Positions 28,972 through 41,192 of a stretch of DNA of 64,000 nt are shown piece by piece. This stretch comes from Candidatus Saccharimonadales bacterium. Its GTDB lineage: Bacteria > Patescibacteriota > Saccharimonadia > Saccharimonadales > JAYRRP01. Every line of letters begins with the position of its first letter. Within the stretch, counting starts at the first letter, position 1. The stretch is from assembly GCA_041910055.1 (NCBI GenBank), contig JAYRRP010000006.1, positions 5,057 to 69,056 on the forward strand. Reading direction: 5' to 3'. Position numbers and translations under genes: made by a program. Under the pieces are notes generated by a model. That model was not told where the DNA came from. It was given only the letters and a program-made list of their open reading frames with translations, and searched no databases.

Positions 28972-30267
28972 CTATACCTTAAGTATCCGGTCTAGTCTTT
29001 GCCGCAATGTATTATCCGGGCCAACCTGGTCAGACTGTGACAACGTATCCAAGCCGACGCGCAAGAGCCCCATTGCGGTTATGTAGGTATGATCAGTGAC
29101 GCTCCCAGTTTTGTCAACAATACCCACTACTTGGTGTGGCTGGATATGTTGAACGACCGGTTTGCGTGTAAACGGTAAGCCAGAATACCAATCGGTTGTA
29201 TTTAATCGGTCCATCAACATTTCCAGGCTTGAGCCACCACCACACAGTAAAAGTCGGTGCGGCAAATGATCAAGCCCAGGAAATTCTCCCAACGCAAGTT
29301 CAACTCCCGAGGTCCAGACATCGAGTGTAGCGCCGAGCGCTTTTTCTATAGCCGGACGTTTTGCCGAAGGCACCTTACTGGTTGACAGGTTAAGTTTTAA
29401 TTCCTCCGCTTGCAGAAAGGTTACATCTATTGCCCGCTCCACCGAACGGGTAAAGGCTCGGCCGCCAATACCAAACATCTTGGTACCTTGAACTCCTCCA
29501 TCATTGATTACCGCAATATCCGTTGTTCCTCCCCCTACATCCATAAGTATGGCGCTCATACTCGCATTTGAATCGTTGCCTATCACAGAACGGGCAACTG
29601 CGAACGGTTCAGCCGCCACGGCCAGAAGATCCATGTCCAACTCCTGGGCAGTGCGTTCCAAGGCGCCAATATGTATCATCGGTGCAAAAGCGGTATAGAG
29701 TTGTACTGCCACCTCGCGCCCTTTAAAACCAATCGGATTCGTAACTGGATAGCTGTCAATCTCAATGCTCACAAGGGCACTATTCACCAAGCGGATCTCA
29801 ACATCTTTGCCACCCAATTCCCAGACTAACTGTTGCTTGGCACGCTCACGGGCTCGTTGCTGTACGAGCGCCACAATTTTCTCTACTTCTTCTACGGCCA
29901 ATTCTTTATCGGCGTTTTTTCGCCGGACTTTTACTGATGTAGTAGTCCCTTTTACTAGTTCGCCAGCAATACCAATTACAACTGGACGAGCACTCACGCC
30001 AGCCTGTTGTTCAGCTTCGTTTAAAGCTTGATCGCAATTGCTGACTACAGCAGCAATATCGGCAATGGCACCCGCCTGCATGTCACTCAATTCCTGGTGT
30101 GCCCGGCCCACGCCGGTTATCTCGATCCGGTCCTCAACTACCCGGCCCACCAGCGCCTTTACAAACTCCGTGCCAATATCAAGTCCTACAATGTATTGGT
30201 TGTCTTTGTTCTTGCGGTCTGATTGTTTGGCAGCAGTACGACGTAAATTTTTTATTTTACTAAGCAT
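28972..30267 (-). CDS. actin-fold ATPase, FtsA-like
   Basis: IVGLDIGTEFVKALVG phosphate-1 motif, DVGGGTTD phosphate-2 and LCGGGS adenosine motif. Confidence 0.65.
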   Translation of the reverse strand: MLSKIKNLRRTAAKQSDRKNKDNQYIVGLDIGTEFVKALVGRVVEDRIEITGVGRAHQELSDMQAGAIADIAAVVSNCDQALNEAEQQAGVSARPVVIGIAGELVKGTTTSVKVRRKNADKELAVEEVEKIVALVQQRARERAKQQLVWELGGKDVEIRLVNSALVSIEIDSYPVTNPIGFKGREVAVQLYTAFAPMIHIGALERTAQELDMDLLAVAAEPFAVARSVIGNDSNASMSAILMDVGGGTTDIAVINDGGVQGTKMFGIGGRAFTRSVERAIDVTFLQAEELKLNLSTSKVPSAKRPAIEKALGATLDVWTSGVELALGEFPGLDHLPHRLLLCGGGSSLEMLMDRLNTTDWYSGLPFTRKPVVQHIQPHQVVGIVDKTGSVTDHTYITAMGLLRVGLDTLSQSDQVGPDNTLRQRLDRILKV

Positions 30268-30309
30268 AGGCGGAATTTATTATACCACCCCAGAGGTCAG
30301 CGCAGAAAC

Positions 30310-32187
30310 TTATTGCAGGATTGCCTTAATACGCCGAATTCCAGCTGATGAACTTTCTTCCTTGATAATCTTGAAACGTTTTCCACCTTCTCCCAGAACT
30401 CCAGTATGTTCCACGTGAGGACCACCACATAACTCCATGGCATAGGGGTTGTCTTTTGGACCCATGATATAAACCTTCACTGTCTCGCCGTATTTCTCGC
30501 CGAAATGACCACGTGCACCAGTTGCCAGTGCTTCTTTAGTCGGCATCTCTTCCCACGTGACTGGCAAATCTTTGTCAATTTGTTCATTGACGATGCCTTC
30601 AACCAATTGAATCTCTTCGGGAGTAAGCTTAGCGGGGTGATTGAAGTCAAACCGTAATCGCTCATTCGTTATGTTGCTACCACGTTGTTCTACGTGCTCA
30701 CCAAGCACAAGTCTAAGTGCTTTATACATAAGGTGCGTAGCAGTGTGGTACTTAATGGTTTGCTCAGAATGCTCGGCCAACCCCCCCTTGAATATACCCG
30801 CCGTTGCACTTCGTGAACGTTCGCGCTGCTCTTCAAGTTCACGGTCATACGTTTCTCTCCAGCCCTCAGCTACCTTAATAGTCCGTTTCTTTGCTTCTTC
30901 CAAGCTCAGTTCAGGAGGAAACCCATAAGTATCAAACAGTCGAAATACCATGGCGCCATCTAGTTGGCCTTTAACAAGTTTTTCAAACTCTCGTAAGCCT
31001 TTGCGTAGAGTCTGGCGAAATGCTTTTTCTTCTTGGGCCAGAACTGACACCACTGTCTTTTTATCTTCCAAGAGCTCGGGATAGGCTTCTTTGTACATAT
31101 TAAGTACCGTATCCGCCACGTTCTCAAGCAGGCCACTATCAATTCCAAGCTCTAACCCATGCCGAATCGCGCGGCGCAAAAGCCGCCGTAGAATATAGCC
31201 TTGCGTTTTGTTGCTTGGTGTTACTCCATCCGCCGCCATGAAAACTGCGCTCCGCATATGATCAGCGATAATCCTTTTTGCCTCTACATGGTCTTCGTAC
31301 TTTTTACCGGAAAGTTGCTGCAAGCGTTCAATAATCGGCCACATCAGATCGATTCTAAATATATCGGGGTTGTCCTGACTTGCAGCTGCAATCCGCTCTA
31401 AGCCGCCGCCAAAATCAACATTCTTTTGTGGCAGCTCGGCAAAACCCCCATCCTCTTTTTTGACATACTGCATAAATACTGAGTTGCCGATTTCCAAAAA
31501 TCGGCCGCAATCACAATTGGGATGACAGTTTTCACCAAACGTCGGATCATGAGGAGTACCAAAATCATAAAAGACTTCGCTGTCAGGGCCTCCGGGCTCA
31601 CCTGCCGGCATATTTTCGGGTTTACCAACCCGGCTCCACCAATTTTTGGAGGCGTCGTAATAGAAAATCCGTCCTCCTTGCATGCCCTTCCTATAACCGT
31701 CGGCTTCGCTGCCAATCTCAACCATCTCGGCTTTTATGCCCTTGGTTAGAAACAATTGCTTCCAAATACCGGCAGATTCCTCGTCCTTGGGAACGCTATT
31801 ACTCTCATCACCGATAAAAACAGTGACATAAAGCTTGCGAGGATCAAGGCCAGCTGCATCTACTAGAAACTCAAAAAACCACGACAGCTGCTCTTTTTTA
31901 AAGTAATCGCCAAGGCTCCAATTACCCAACATTTCAAAAAAAGTAGTGTGGCGATTATCGCCCACCTCATCAATATCCTCAGCTCGAAAACAGGTTTGGC
32001 TATCAGCCAGACGCCGACCAGCTGGGTGTTGTTGACCAAGTAAATAAGGCAAAAGAGGCTGCATGCCACTACCGGTAAACAAGGTAGTTGGGTCATTATC
32101 AGGCACAATTCGCGCCCGTGGAATTACTGTATGGTTACGTTTCTTGAAAAACTCAAGATAAGCAGTTCTCACTTCATTGGCTGTCAT
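30310..32187 (-). CDS. alaS: alanine--tRNA ligase, short form (625 aa)
   Basis: Class II AlaRS N-terminus (YLEFFKKRNHTVIP...FTGSGM). Editing-domain HxxxH (TATHLM) and CGGPHV. No C-Ala domain. Confidence 0.9.
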   Translation of the reverse strand: MTANEVRTAYLEFFKKRNHTVIPRARIVPDNDPTTLFTGSGMQPLLPYLLGQQHPAGRRLADSQTCFRAEDIDEVGDNRHTTFFEMLGNWSLGDYFKKEQLSWFFEFLVDAAGLDPRKLYVTVFIGDESNSVPKDEESAGIWKQLFLTKGIKAEMVEIGSEADGYRKGMQGGRIFYYDASKNWWSRVGKPENMPAGEPGGPDSEVFYDFGTPHDPTFGENCHPNCDCGRFLEIGNSVFMQYVKKEDGGFAELPQKNVDFGGGLERIAAASQDNPDIFRIDLMWPIIERLQQLSGKKYEDHVEAKRIIADHMRSAVFMAADGVTPSNKTQGYILRRLLRRAIRHGLELGIDSGLLENVADTVLNMYKEAYPELLEDKKTVVSVLAQEEKAFRQTLRKGLREFEKLVKGQLDGAMVFRLFDTYGFPPELSLEEAKKRTIKVAEGWRETYDRELEEQRERSRSATAGIFKGGLAEHSEQTIKYHTATHLMYKALRLVLGEHVEQRGSNITNERLRFDFNHPAKLTPEEIQLVEGIVNEQIDKDLPVTWEEMPTKEALATGARGHFGEKYGETVKVYIMGPKDNPYAMELCGGPHVEHTGVLGEGGKRFKIIKEESSSAGIRRIKAILQ

Positions 32188-32232
32188 ATCTGTTGCTTAG
32201 TCTAGCAGAAAAACAGTGTTTTTGGGTGTTGG

Positions 32233-33285
32233 TTAATAGACCTCGGCAATAACACCACCGCCCACTACCCTTTCACCCTCATAGATAACCGCAGATTGAC
32301 CCGGCGTAAGCGCCCGTACATCTTCTGTTAATTGAATTAAAGTTTCTCCCTCTGCCGATTCTATCTTCCCGGAAATTAGTGGTGCCCGATGACGCACTCT
32401 TACCTGATATTCTTTGTCGATGGTAGCCGGCTGATTAATCCAGTGAACATCCGCCAGCCTGAAGCGTTGATGCCACAGTTTCTTATCAGCAAGATCAGTA
32501 GTGACAAACACCTCGTTTGCTTTCATATCCTTGCCGGTTACATAGTAGGGTAGTCCACCGCCAATTTGCAGACCATGCCGTTGGCCGATGGTATAGAATA
32601 TCGCCCCTTCGTGTGTGCCCACCTCCTTACCATTTTGGTCACGCACCTGGCCAGGTTTTTGCGGACCAAGCTCGTGAAGTAAGAATTCTTTAATACCTAC
32701 CTTGCCCACAAAGCAAATACCCATGCTTTCTTTTTTGGCTGCTGTTATGAGTCTATGTTGTTGTGCAAGCCGACGCACCTCTGGTTTTGTGTGCTCTCCC
32801 AAAGGGAAGAGTGTCTTCTGGAGTGCTTGCGCTGTCACCCTGTAAAGAAAATAAGTTTGGTCTTTGTTGGTGTCCTTGGCAGTATACAATTTCTTATTGC
32901 GGGTCCTTGCGTAGTGGCCAGTCGCAATTAGTTCAGCTCCTTCGCCTAAGCACGTCTCAAGAAAAAGTTTAAACTTAACCTCCTGGTTGCACATAATGTC
33001 CGGATTTGGCGTGCGGCCATTTTGGTACTCCCTCAGCATATACTCAACCACCCGGTGGCGGTACTCAGTTTCAAAGTCATACACTTTGAAGTCAATATTA
33101 AGCTGTACAGCGACGCGTTTGGCATCTTGATAGTCTTCGCGCCATGGGCAATCGAAGCTTGGTAAATCCTGACTCCAATTTTTCATGTAGACACCTGTGA
33201 CATCATAACCCTGCTCTTTGAGCAATAAAGCAGTCACTGAACTGTCTACTCCGCCACTTAAACCGACAAAAACTTTCCTCGCCAT
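32233..33285 (-). CDS. mnmA: tRNA 2-thiouridine(34) synthase MnmA
   Basis: PP-loop GLSGGVDSSV and MnmA body with CNQEVKF and GHYAR. Confidence 0.9.
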   Translation of the reverse strand: MARKVFVGLSGGVDSSVTALLLKEQGYDVTGVYMKNWSQDLPSFDCPWREDYQDAKRVAVQLNIDFKVYDFETEYRHRVVEYMLREYQNGRTPNPDIMCNQEVKFKLFLETCLGEGAELIATGHYARTRNKKLYTAKDTNKDQTYFLYRVTAQALQKTLFPLGEHTKPEVRRLAQQHRLITAAKKESMGICFVGKVGIKEFLLHELGPQKPGQVRDQNGKEVGTHEGAIFYTIGQRHGLQIGGGLPYYVTGKDMKANEVFVTTDLADKKLWHQRFRLADVHWINQPATIDKEYQVRVRHRAPLISGKIESAEGETLIQLTEDVRALTPGQSAVIYEGERVVGGGVIAEVY

Positions 33286-33335
33286 GTCAGACGATTATAC
33301 ATCTCCTGAGAATAAAAGCACTCGGATTTTCTCTG

Positions 33336-33650
33336 TTACACGTCCAAAAAGACAGTCACTTGATTGTTCTTGACATGCATCACGCCACGGTCAATCCGAA
33401 TTTTTTGCTCCTGCCGTGGTGCTCGAATAACTAGTTCACAAGCTTTGAGCAAAGTGAGAAAGTTGTGGTGCTCAGCAAGCACATCAAACGGTCCAGTACC
33501 GTTTTCGGCCGAAACACTTTCGGCATCCTCATCAAAGAACACTTTAAAGGGAGAATAGACCTTAACATGGATGAGATGTTGGCCATCGGTGCGCTTGGCA
33601 TGCTTTTTATCCTCAACAAATTCTCCGGTACTCGCAATTTGACGTTGCAT
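33336..33650 (-). CDS. atpC: F-type ATP synthase epsilon-like subunit
   Basis: Sits right after atpD. The beta-sandwich-like segment (VYSPFKVFFDE...GPFDVLAEHHNFLTLL) resembles epsilon. Confidence 0.6.
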   Translation of the reverse strand: MQRQIASTGEFVEDKKHAKRTDGQHLIHVKVYSPFKVFFDEDAESVSAENGTGPFDVLAEHHNFLTLLKACELVIRAPRQEQKIRIDRGVMHVKNNQVTVFLDV

Positions 33651-33660
33651 AAGGTTTCCC

Positions 33661-35815
<2,155 letters not shown>

Positions 35816-35819
<4 letters not shown>

Positions 35820-37243
35820 CGTTTCAGCTCCAGGAGACTACGTTGCTTCAATTGGTCACGCACCGCTTCATAATCAGACTCCTTCTTCACCAGTTTAGCC
35901 ATTTCTACTACTGCAGTTTTCATATTGTTAATGTCTACCACTTCGGCCTCGCCAGCATTCAGTAAAATATCCAGCATCATCTGTTGAGCTAAAAGCGAAT
36001 ACGTTTCACCCGGCGTCTGATCAAGTAATGACCGCAAATGCTTCCCAAATTCCAATTCACGCTGGGCAGTTAAGGCCAGTTCTGAGCCAAAATGTGCAAA
36101 TTCCTGGGCCTGGCGGTATGCCGCCAACATTTGTAATGTTTTGGCAGCCTGTTGTTTTTGTCGAGCATTGTGGCCACGACCGCCAACACGGGTCACGCTT
36201 AGGCCAATATTAAGGGCCGGCCGCTGACCGTCACGGAATAAGTCCATATCAAGTATCCACTGGCCGTCTGTCATAGACATCACATTCGTTGGTAAGTAGG
36301 CAGTAATATCGCCTCCGTTGGCCAGTACCAGTGGCAAACTGGTGAGTGTCTTGTGGTTGCGGTTCAATTTGCCGGCTCGCTCCAGCAAGCTTGAATGCGC
36401 GTAAAACATATCACCAGGATAGGAATCCCGGCCAGGACTCACCCCAGCCAGTAGCGAAATTTCTCGATAGGCCTGGGCGTGGCTCGTCAGGTCATCATAA
36501 ATAATCACTACATCCTGGTCGTGCTTCTGCCAAATGTATTCCGCCATCGAACACGCCACGTAAGGCGCTAAATAGGTAGTAATCAAAGATTCAAACATAG
36601 TAGACACCACGACAATAGCCTTGTCGAGTGCCTGGTTATCGCGCAATCGCGCCAGCAGAGTTTCGACATCACTTCGTCGTTTACCAATGAGTACATAAAT
36701 CACTACTAGGTCTGTGCTGCGCTGGTTAATTGCCAGCTGGGTAGCCAGGGTACTCTTACCCGATTTACTGTCGCCTAAGATAGCTAAACGCTGGCCTCGC
36801 ACAAGCGGAAATAGCGAATCAATTGCCGTGATACCTGTTTCCAGTTGCGTATTCAGCTGCTCCCGCTCATAAATTGGCGGTGCTTCATTAAAAACCGGCC
36901 ATACTCCCTCTGCCAGAACCGAGCCTTTTCCGTCCAGAGGTTCCCCGCTTACCGATATAATCCTGCCTACAAGTTCTTTACCAACTTTACAAACCAATTG
37001 CTCATACTGCACGACCGCAGTCATGCCAATACTGAGACGGCTCGTGCCCAGATGCATCACCACTACATGGTCTTCATACACGTGGTACACGAATCCTTTG
37101 CTGCCATCTTCGAACATAATAAGCGCCCGGCTATTCACTGGACTAAGACCGCGTACTCGCACCAGAAACTTGTCCAGAGAAATAACTTCGCCTATAGGAT
37201 TACCCGATTCAACAAGCTTTTTAAAGTGTTGATTATTGTTCAT
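35816..37243 (-). CDS. atpA: F-type ATP synthase alpha subunit (divergent, 475 aa)
   Basis: P-loop GDSKSGKST in place of the usual GDRQTGKT. Alpha-like [15 protein letters not shown] and PGDMFY.HS.LLERA motifs. Confidence 0.85.
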
Positions 37244-37742
37244 GTTCTTGGGTATTGTCCCTAATCTTGTCTAGCAGAATTCGGCGATTATAAAACAGGT
37301 GCTTGCGCAAGCTAAGGTCAAAATATAAATTAGTCGTTCGCACCGTACAGCCAGCGGCAATGCCAGGTTGTAAGCCCACTTGCAAAAGTACGTCCGAATG
37401 AATATTAGTCCTAAACCATTTGATAAGTTTATGCATAAAAGATACCGACGGATCTGTGGCAAAACTAATATGAACAACCGGGGCACGAAGTTGTAATTGC
37501 TTAAGCATACGGTTTAAACGTCGACGATCCTCAAGTTTTAATAGGTTGCAGTTATTTTGTTTTGCAAGCGCTTCCAGGTGTCTGGTAAGACGGGGCAACT
37601 GAATTTTTTGCCCGCCTGTGCGCGCCGCTGCTTGCGCCAAAAAATCATCTGTTGCATTTAAGTCCCATTCTAAACGCGTCACATCACCAACCGTTACTAC
37701 AGTTAAAGGTAAAACTAAGCTAGCTGTTTCCTCAGGCACCAT
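37233..37742 (-). CDS. atpH: F-type ATP synthase delta/OSCP-like subunit
   Basis: Operon position and C-terminal OSCP-like pattern ([23 protein letters not shown]). Confidence 0.6.
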   Translation of the reverse strand: MVPEETASLVLPLTVVTVGDVTRLEWDLNATDDFLAQAAARTGGQKIQLPRLTRHLEALAKQNNCNLLKLEDRRRLNRMLKQLQLRAPVVHISFATDPSVSFMHKLIKWFRTNIHSDVLLQVGLQPGIAAGCTVRTTNLYFDLSLRKHLFYNRRILLDKIRDNTQEHEQ

Positions 37743-38382
37743 TTTTTATATCCTCAGCGATCGCCTGTTTATTGGCTTCCAGCTCGCCCAGTATATATTC
37801 CAGTTGATCACTCAGGTCAATCTGATTGCCAATTGCGGCTACGACATAGTGATTGACAATCTCAGCCAGATTATTCTCAAACCGTGCAACCAGTCGCTCT
37901 TTCTCAACCTTTAATTCACGCTCAATTTGTTCGGCTAAAATCTGGCGTTGCTGCTCAATCGCCTGGCGTGTTTTATTTAGTGATTCGATTGCCAGTTGCT
38001 TGGCATCGGTAATAGAGCGTTCATACTTAGAGAACTCCTCTTGGAGCGTCCTGGTAATCTCTTGTTTCATAAAGTCATTGAGCTGGGAAGTCGTCAGGCG
38101 AAGATCCTGCTGCAGAAACATGGCATTTTCGCTGATAATCTTTTCGAAATACAAACGTCCGTGATTCTTTAACTCTTCACGGAATTGGTCATCAAAGATA
38201 TGTTCGGCCTCGCTCTTTGCAAGTTCAGTCACCACGTGTGATTTTTGCTTGTGTGCTGCCGCCAAACCCACTCCTTGTTTCCGACGACGCCGGCTCGAAT
38301 CAAATGCAATAATCAGCCATATCAAGCCTGCTGCCACTAAGATAATGGTAGTGATGAGTAATCCAAGGGTTCCAAGTTGCAC
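37732..38382 (-). CDS. membrane-anchored coiled-coil protein, possible ATP synthase b subunit
   Basis: N-terminal TM helix followed by a long charged helix. It is the first gene of the atp block. Assignment is by position only. Confidence 0.4.
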   Translation of the reverse strand: MQLGTLGLLITTIILVAAGLIWLIIAFDSSRRRRKQGVGLAAAHKQKSHVVTELAKSEAEHIFDDQFREELKNHGRLYFEKIISENAMFLQQDLRLTTSQLNDFMKQEITRTLQEEFSKYERSITDAKQLAIESLNKTRQAIEQQRQILAEQIERELKVEKERLVARFENNLAEIVNHYVVAAIGNQIDLSDQLEYILGELEANKQAIAEDIKNGA

Positions 38383-38469
38383 TGCATGCCCACCTATTTA
38401 TCACATTAGTAGTAAATATACCGTAAATACAGCTTGATTGGAATAAGCCGCTACTGCTTACCGTAGGTG

Positions 38470-39612
38470 TTAAGCAGAAATGAGTTGTGCCAAGGCACGA
38501 ACGGTTCGCGTGATATCTAGACGCGTAGTAGACCTGCCCATACTAAAACGCAGGCTCGCTCGCGCTTCAGCATCACTTAATCCGATTGCTTTCAGTACAT
38601 GCGACGGCAGCTCATCACTGGCACTGCAGGCTGAACCAGTTGCACACTGTACACCCATTTCGTCTAGTCCCATTACTATTCGTTCATTATCAATATCATC
38701 AACAGTGATATGGATATTGTTGCTTAACCTGTGCGTAAGTGAACCATTCAAGCGCACCCCAGGAATGCGGCGGCGAAGTTCATCCCAAAAGAAGAGCTGT
38801 ATGGTTTGCAAACGGTGTGATTCCTGTTTGCATTCAGCCTGGGCTCGTGTAAAAGCTTCGGCAAAACCGATTATAGCCGGTACATTCTCTGTTCCACTTC
38901 TTAAGCCTCTTTCTTGATTACCACCAAGAATCTGGGGTTTTATGACTGTACCAGTCCGTACATACAAAACTCCACTCTGTTTTGGCCCATATATTTTGCC
39001 TCCATTCAGCGACATAAGATCAACCCCAAGTCGATTGACTTTCAACAAGAGGTAATTAGGCGCCTGGGCCGCGTCGGTATGTAAAAACAGTGGCATCTCA
39101 TTGCCGGCTTTTTGCCGTTGCTGACGAATATCTGCAACCAGGGCAGCAAACTCCCGCAGTGGTTGAAGTGTACCAATTTCATTGTTAGCTAGCTGCACAC
39201 TTATCAGCACAGTGTGGGGCCTGATAGCCCGTTTTAGAGCTCCTTCATCAATCCGGCCATCTTCTTGTACTTGTACTTCAGTGTGCGAGTACTGCTGGGC
39301 GGGGCGGCGAACCGATTCATGCTCGATAGCACCAAAAACAACGTGGCCTTTTGGAAGTGCTTCCATTACTCCTCGAATTGCCAAATTGTTCGCTTCGGTC
39401 GCGCCACTGACAAAGATAATTTCCCCGGGGCGAGCACCAAGTGCCGCGGCAATTTGGCTACGAGCCGCTTCTACTGCCTGGCGTGTTTCCCGGGCAGCGT
39501 GATAAAGCGCTGAAGGATTATGAAACTTTTGCCGAAAATACGGCTCCATCGCGTTTTGCACCAACGGATCAAGTGGGGTAGCAGCCGCGTGGTCAAGATA
39601 AATTGATTTCAT
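38470..39612 (-). CDS. cysteine desulfurase (class V aminotransferase, NifS/IscS-like)
   Basis: PLP-enzyme pattern (SGATEANN, HTDAAQA, SLNGGKIYGPK) and an active-site Cys loop (ATGSACSA). Confidence 0.85.
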   Translation of the reverse strand: MKSIYLDHAAATPLDPLVQNAMEPYFRQKFHNPSALYHAARETRQAVEAARSQIAAALGARPGEIIFVSGATEANNLAIRGVMEALPKGHVVFGAIEHESVRRPAQQYSHTEVQVQEDGRIDEGALKRAIRPHTVLISVQLANNEIGTLQPLREFAALVADIRQQRQKAGNEMPLFLHTDAAQAPNYLLLKVNRLGVDLMSLNGGKIYGPKQSGVLYVRTGTVIKPQILGGNQERGLRSGTENVPAIIGFAEAFTRAQAECKQESHRLQTIQLFFWDELRRRIPGVRLNGSLTHRLSNNIHITVDDIDNERIVMGLDEMGVQCATGSACSASDELPSHVLKAIGLSDAEARASLRFSMGRSTTRLDITRTVRALAQLISA

Positions 39613-39634
39613 ACCTAAAGTCTACAATTTTATT

Positions 39635-40003
39635 CTAGTTGAAACTGCCGTATAACTCTTGGCTGATACGACGGCGGTATAATTTAGCAGCGGCCAATAA
39701 GTTATGGGCTTCGGCAGGAGTAATAAACCGATAAGGTTGTCCGTCTTGGGCTTTTAAGACGCCGCTGTCTCTCACATCATAACGAGTGGTTTGATGACAT
39801 AGACTTCCGTTTTCATCGGTCCACTCTTCGTGCCAGACCCAGGTGTTCTCATCCAGGCAAAAGAATTCACGGCGCCCACCTTTTGGCGTGGCCCCAAAAA
39901 GTTGGCCGCCTATCTTCGCTTCACCATGCAGTAAGTCTTTTAAGAGTTGTGCAGCCTTGTTTTGGTGTCTTTGGGATACCTGGTGAATGAGCTTTTTAAT
40001 CAT
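39635..40003 (-). CDS. hypothetical protein (122 aa from MIKKL)
   Basis: ORF. Start chosen to avoid overlap with the upstream ORF. No motif recognised. Confidence 0.45.
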   Translation of the reverse strand: MIKKLIHQVSQRHQNKAAQLLKDLLHGEAKIGGQLFGATPKGGRREFFCLDENTWVWHEEWTDENGSLCHQTTRYDVRDSGVLKAQDGQPYRFITPAEAHNLLAAAKLYRRRISQELYGSFN

Positions 40004-40331
40004 TCGACCCCTCAAATATCTCATCAATTGCCTGCCGGACTTGGTCAAGTTCTGCTTCTAACGGTTCTATAGGAGTTTGAGCCGGCTTAGGCTTTGCTTC
40101 TGGTTCCGTGGGGAGAGATGGTTGTATTTCTTTAGGAGAATTAGAGGCTGGTTTTTGTTGAAGTTGGACTTCTATAGTTGGTTTTACCTGCTCTGGAGAC
40201 TCGTTTAATAAAACTACTTTTTCCAGGTTCGCCTCAGCCGATCTTAGCACCTCGAGGCGATGGGCTATCGCCTGAAAAGTCTCTTTTGGTAAAGCGCCTA
40301 AGCGGTGCGCCTCGTTTTCTATCCCTTGCAT
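39996..40331 (-). CDS. hypothetical protein with Pro/Glu/Lys-rich centre (111 aa)
   Basis: ORF in operon context downstream of tatD. Low-complexity middle region. Confidence 0.4.
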   Translation of the reverse strand: MQGIENEAHRLGALPKETFQAIAHRLEVLRSAEANLEKVVLLNESPEQVKPTIEVQLQQKPASNSPKEIQPSLPTEPEAKPKPAQTPIEPLEAELDQVRQAIDEIFEGSND

Positions 40332-40340
40332 CGCTCTCCC

Positions 40341-41111
40341 TTATAAATGAAATAAATCTATCGCGTTTTGCGTGGTTGCTGCTGAGAGTTGAGTAAGCGG
40401 CTCCTCTCTGAGGCTTGCCAGGAACTCCGCAGTTGTCACCACATGTTTTGGTTGGCATATTTTACCACGATAAGGAATAGGCGTCAAAAACGGGGCATCG
40501 GTTTCAAGCACCAATTTTTCCAGAGGTACTTGCCGTGCTGCTGCAAGTTGTTGCTCGTCTTTGCTGAAAGTCATAATACCGTTCAATCCTATGTAAAAAC
40601 CTCGTGTTAATGCTTCTTCTAATTCCTTTTGGTGGGCACTAAAACTATGAATTACGCCGCGCACCTTCGGATACGAATCAACCACTTGCCAGAAATCTTC
40701 AAAGGCGTGGCGAACATGGAAGATAAGTGGTAGATCATGCTTAAGGGCCAGCTCAATCTGTAATCGCAATAAGGCCTCTTGGTCCTGCTTAGGAGAATGA
40801 TGGTAGTAATAATCAAGTCCGCATTCGCCTACTGCGACTATCTTGTCATCCTTAGCAAGCTGGCGGAATGTTTCTAGTTCCTGGTTATTACTAATGTACC
40901 GCTTCGCTTCGTGCGGATGGATGCCAATTACGGCACTGCAGCCGTCATTTTTCTTCGCAAATTCTACCGCTCGCTGGCTATCTTCTAGGTCAGTTCCCAC
41001 ACATATTAATCTGGTCACTCCCGCCTTCTGCGCAGCTTCAATTGTTTCTTGTACGTCTAGATCATAGTTTGCACTATGTATATGGCAATGAGTATCTACA
41101 AACTCCAGCAT
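40341..41111 (-). CDS. tatD: TatD family metal-dependent hydrolase
   Basis: Start at MLEFVDTHCHI (the HxH metal motif). TIM-barrel TatD pattern with GECGLDY and HSF. Confidence 0.85.
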   Translation of the reverse strand: MLEFVDTHCHIHSANYDLDVQETIEAAQKAGVTRLICVGTDLEDSQRAVEFAKKNDGCSAVIGIHPHEAKRYISNNQELETFRQLAKDDKIVAVGECGLDYYYHHSPKQDQEALLRLQIELALKHDLPLIFHVRHAFEDFWQVVDSYPKVRGVIHSFSAHQKELEEALTRGFYIGLNGIMTFSKDEQQLAAARQVPLEKLVLETDAPFLTPIPYRGKICQPKHVVTTAEFLASLREEPLTQLSAATTQNAIDLFHL

Positions 41112-41192
41112 CCTTTTATTGTACACAGCTATCGGCTGCAACAAAGTAGTGTGTGCTGGGATGATTGGACTGGATTATCTGACTGTCAGTGG

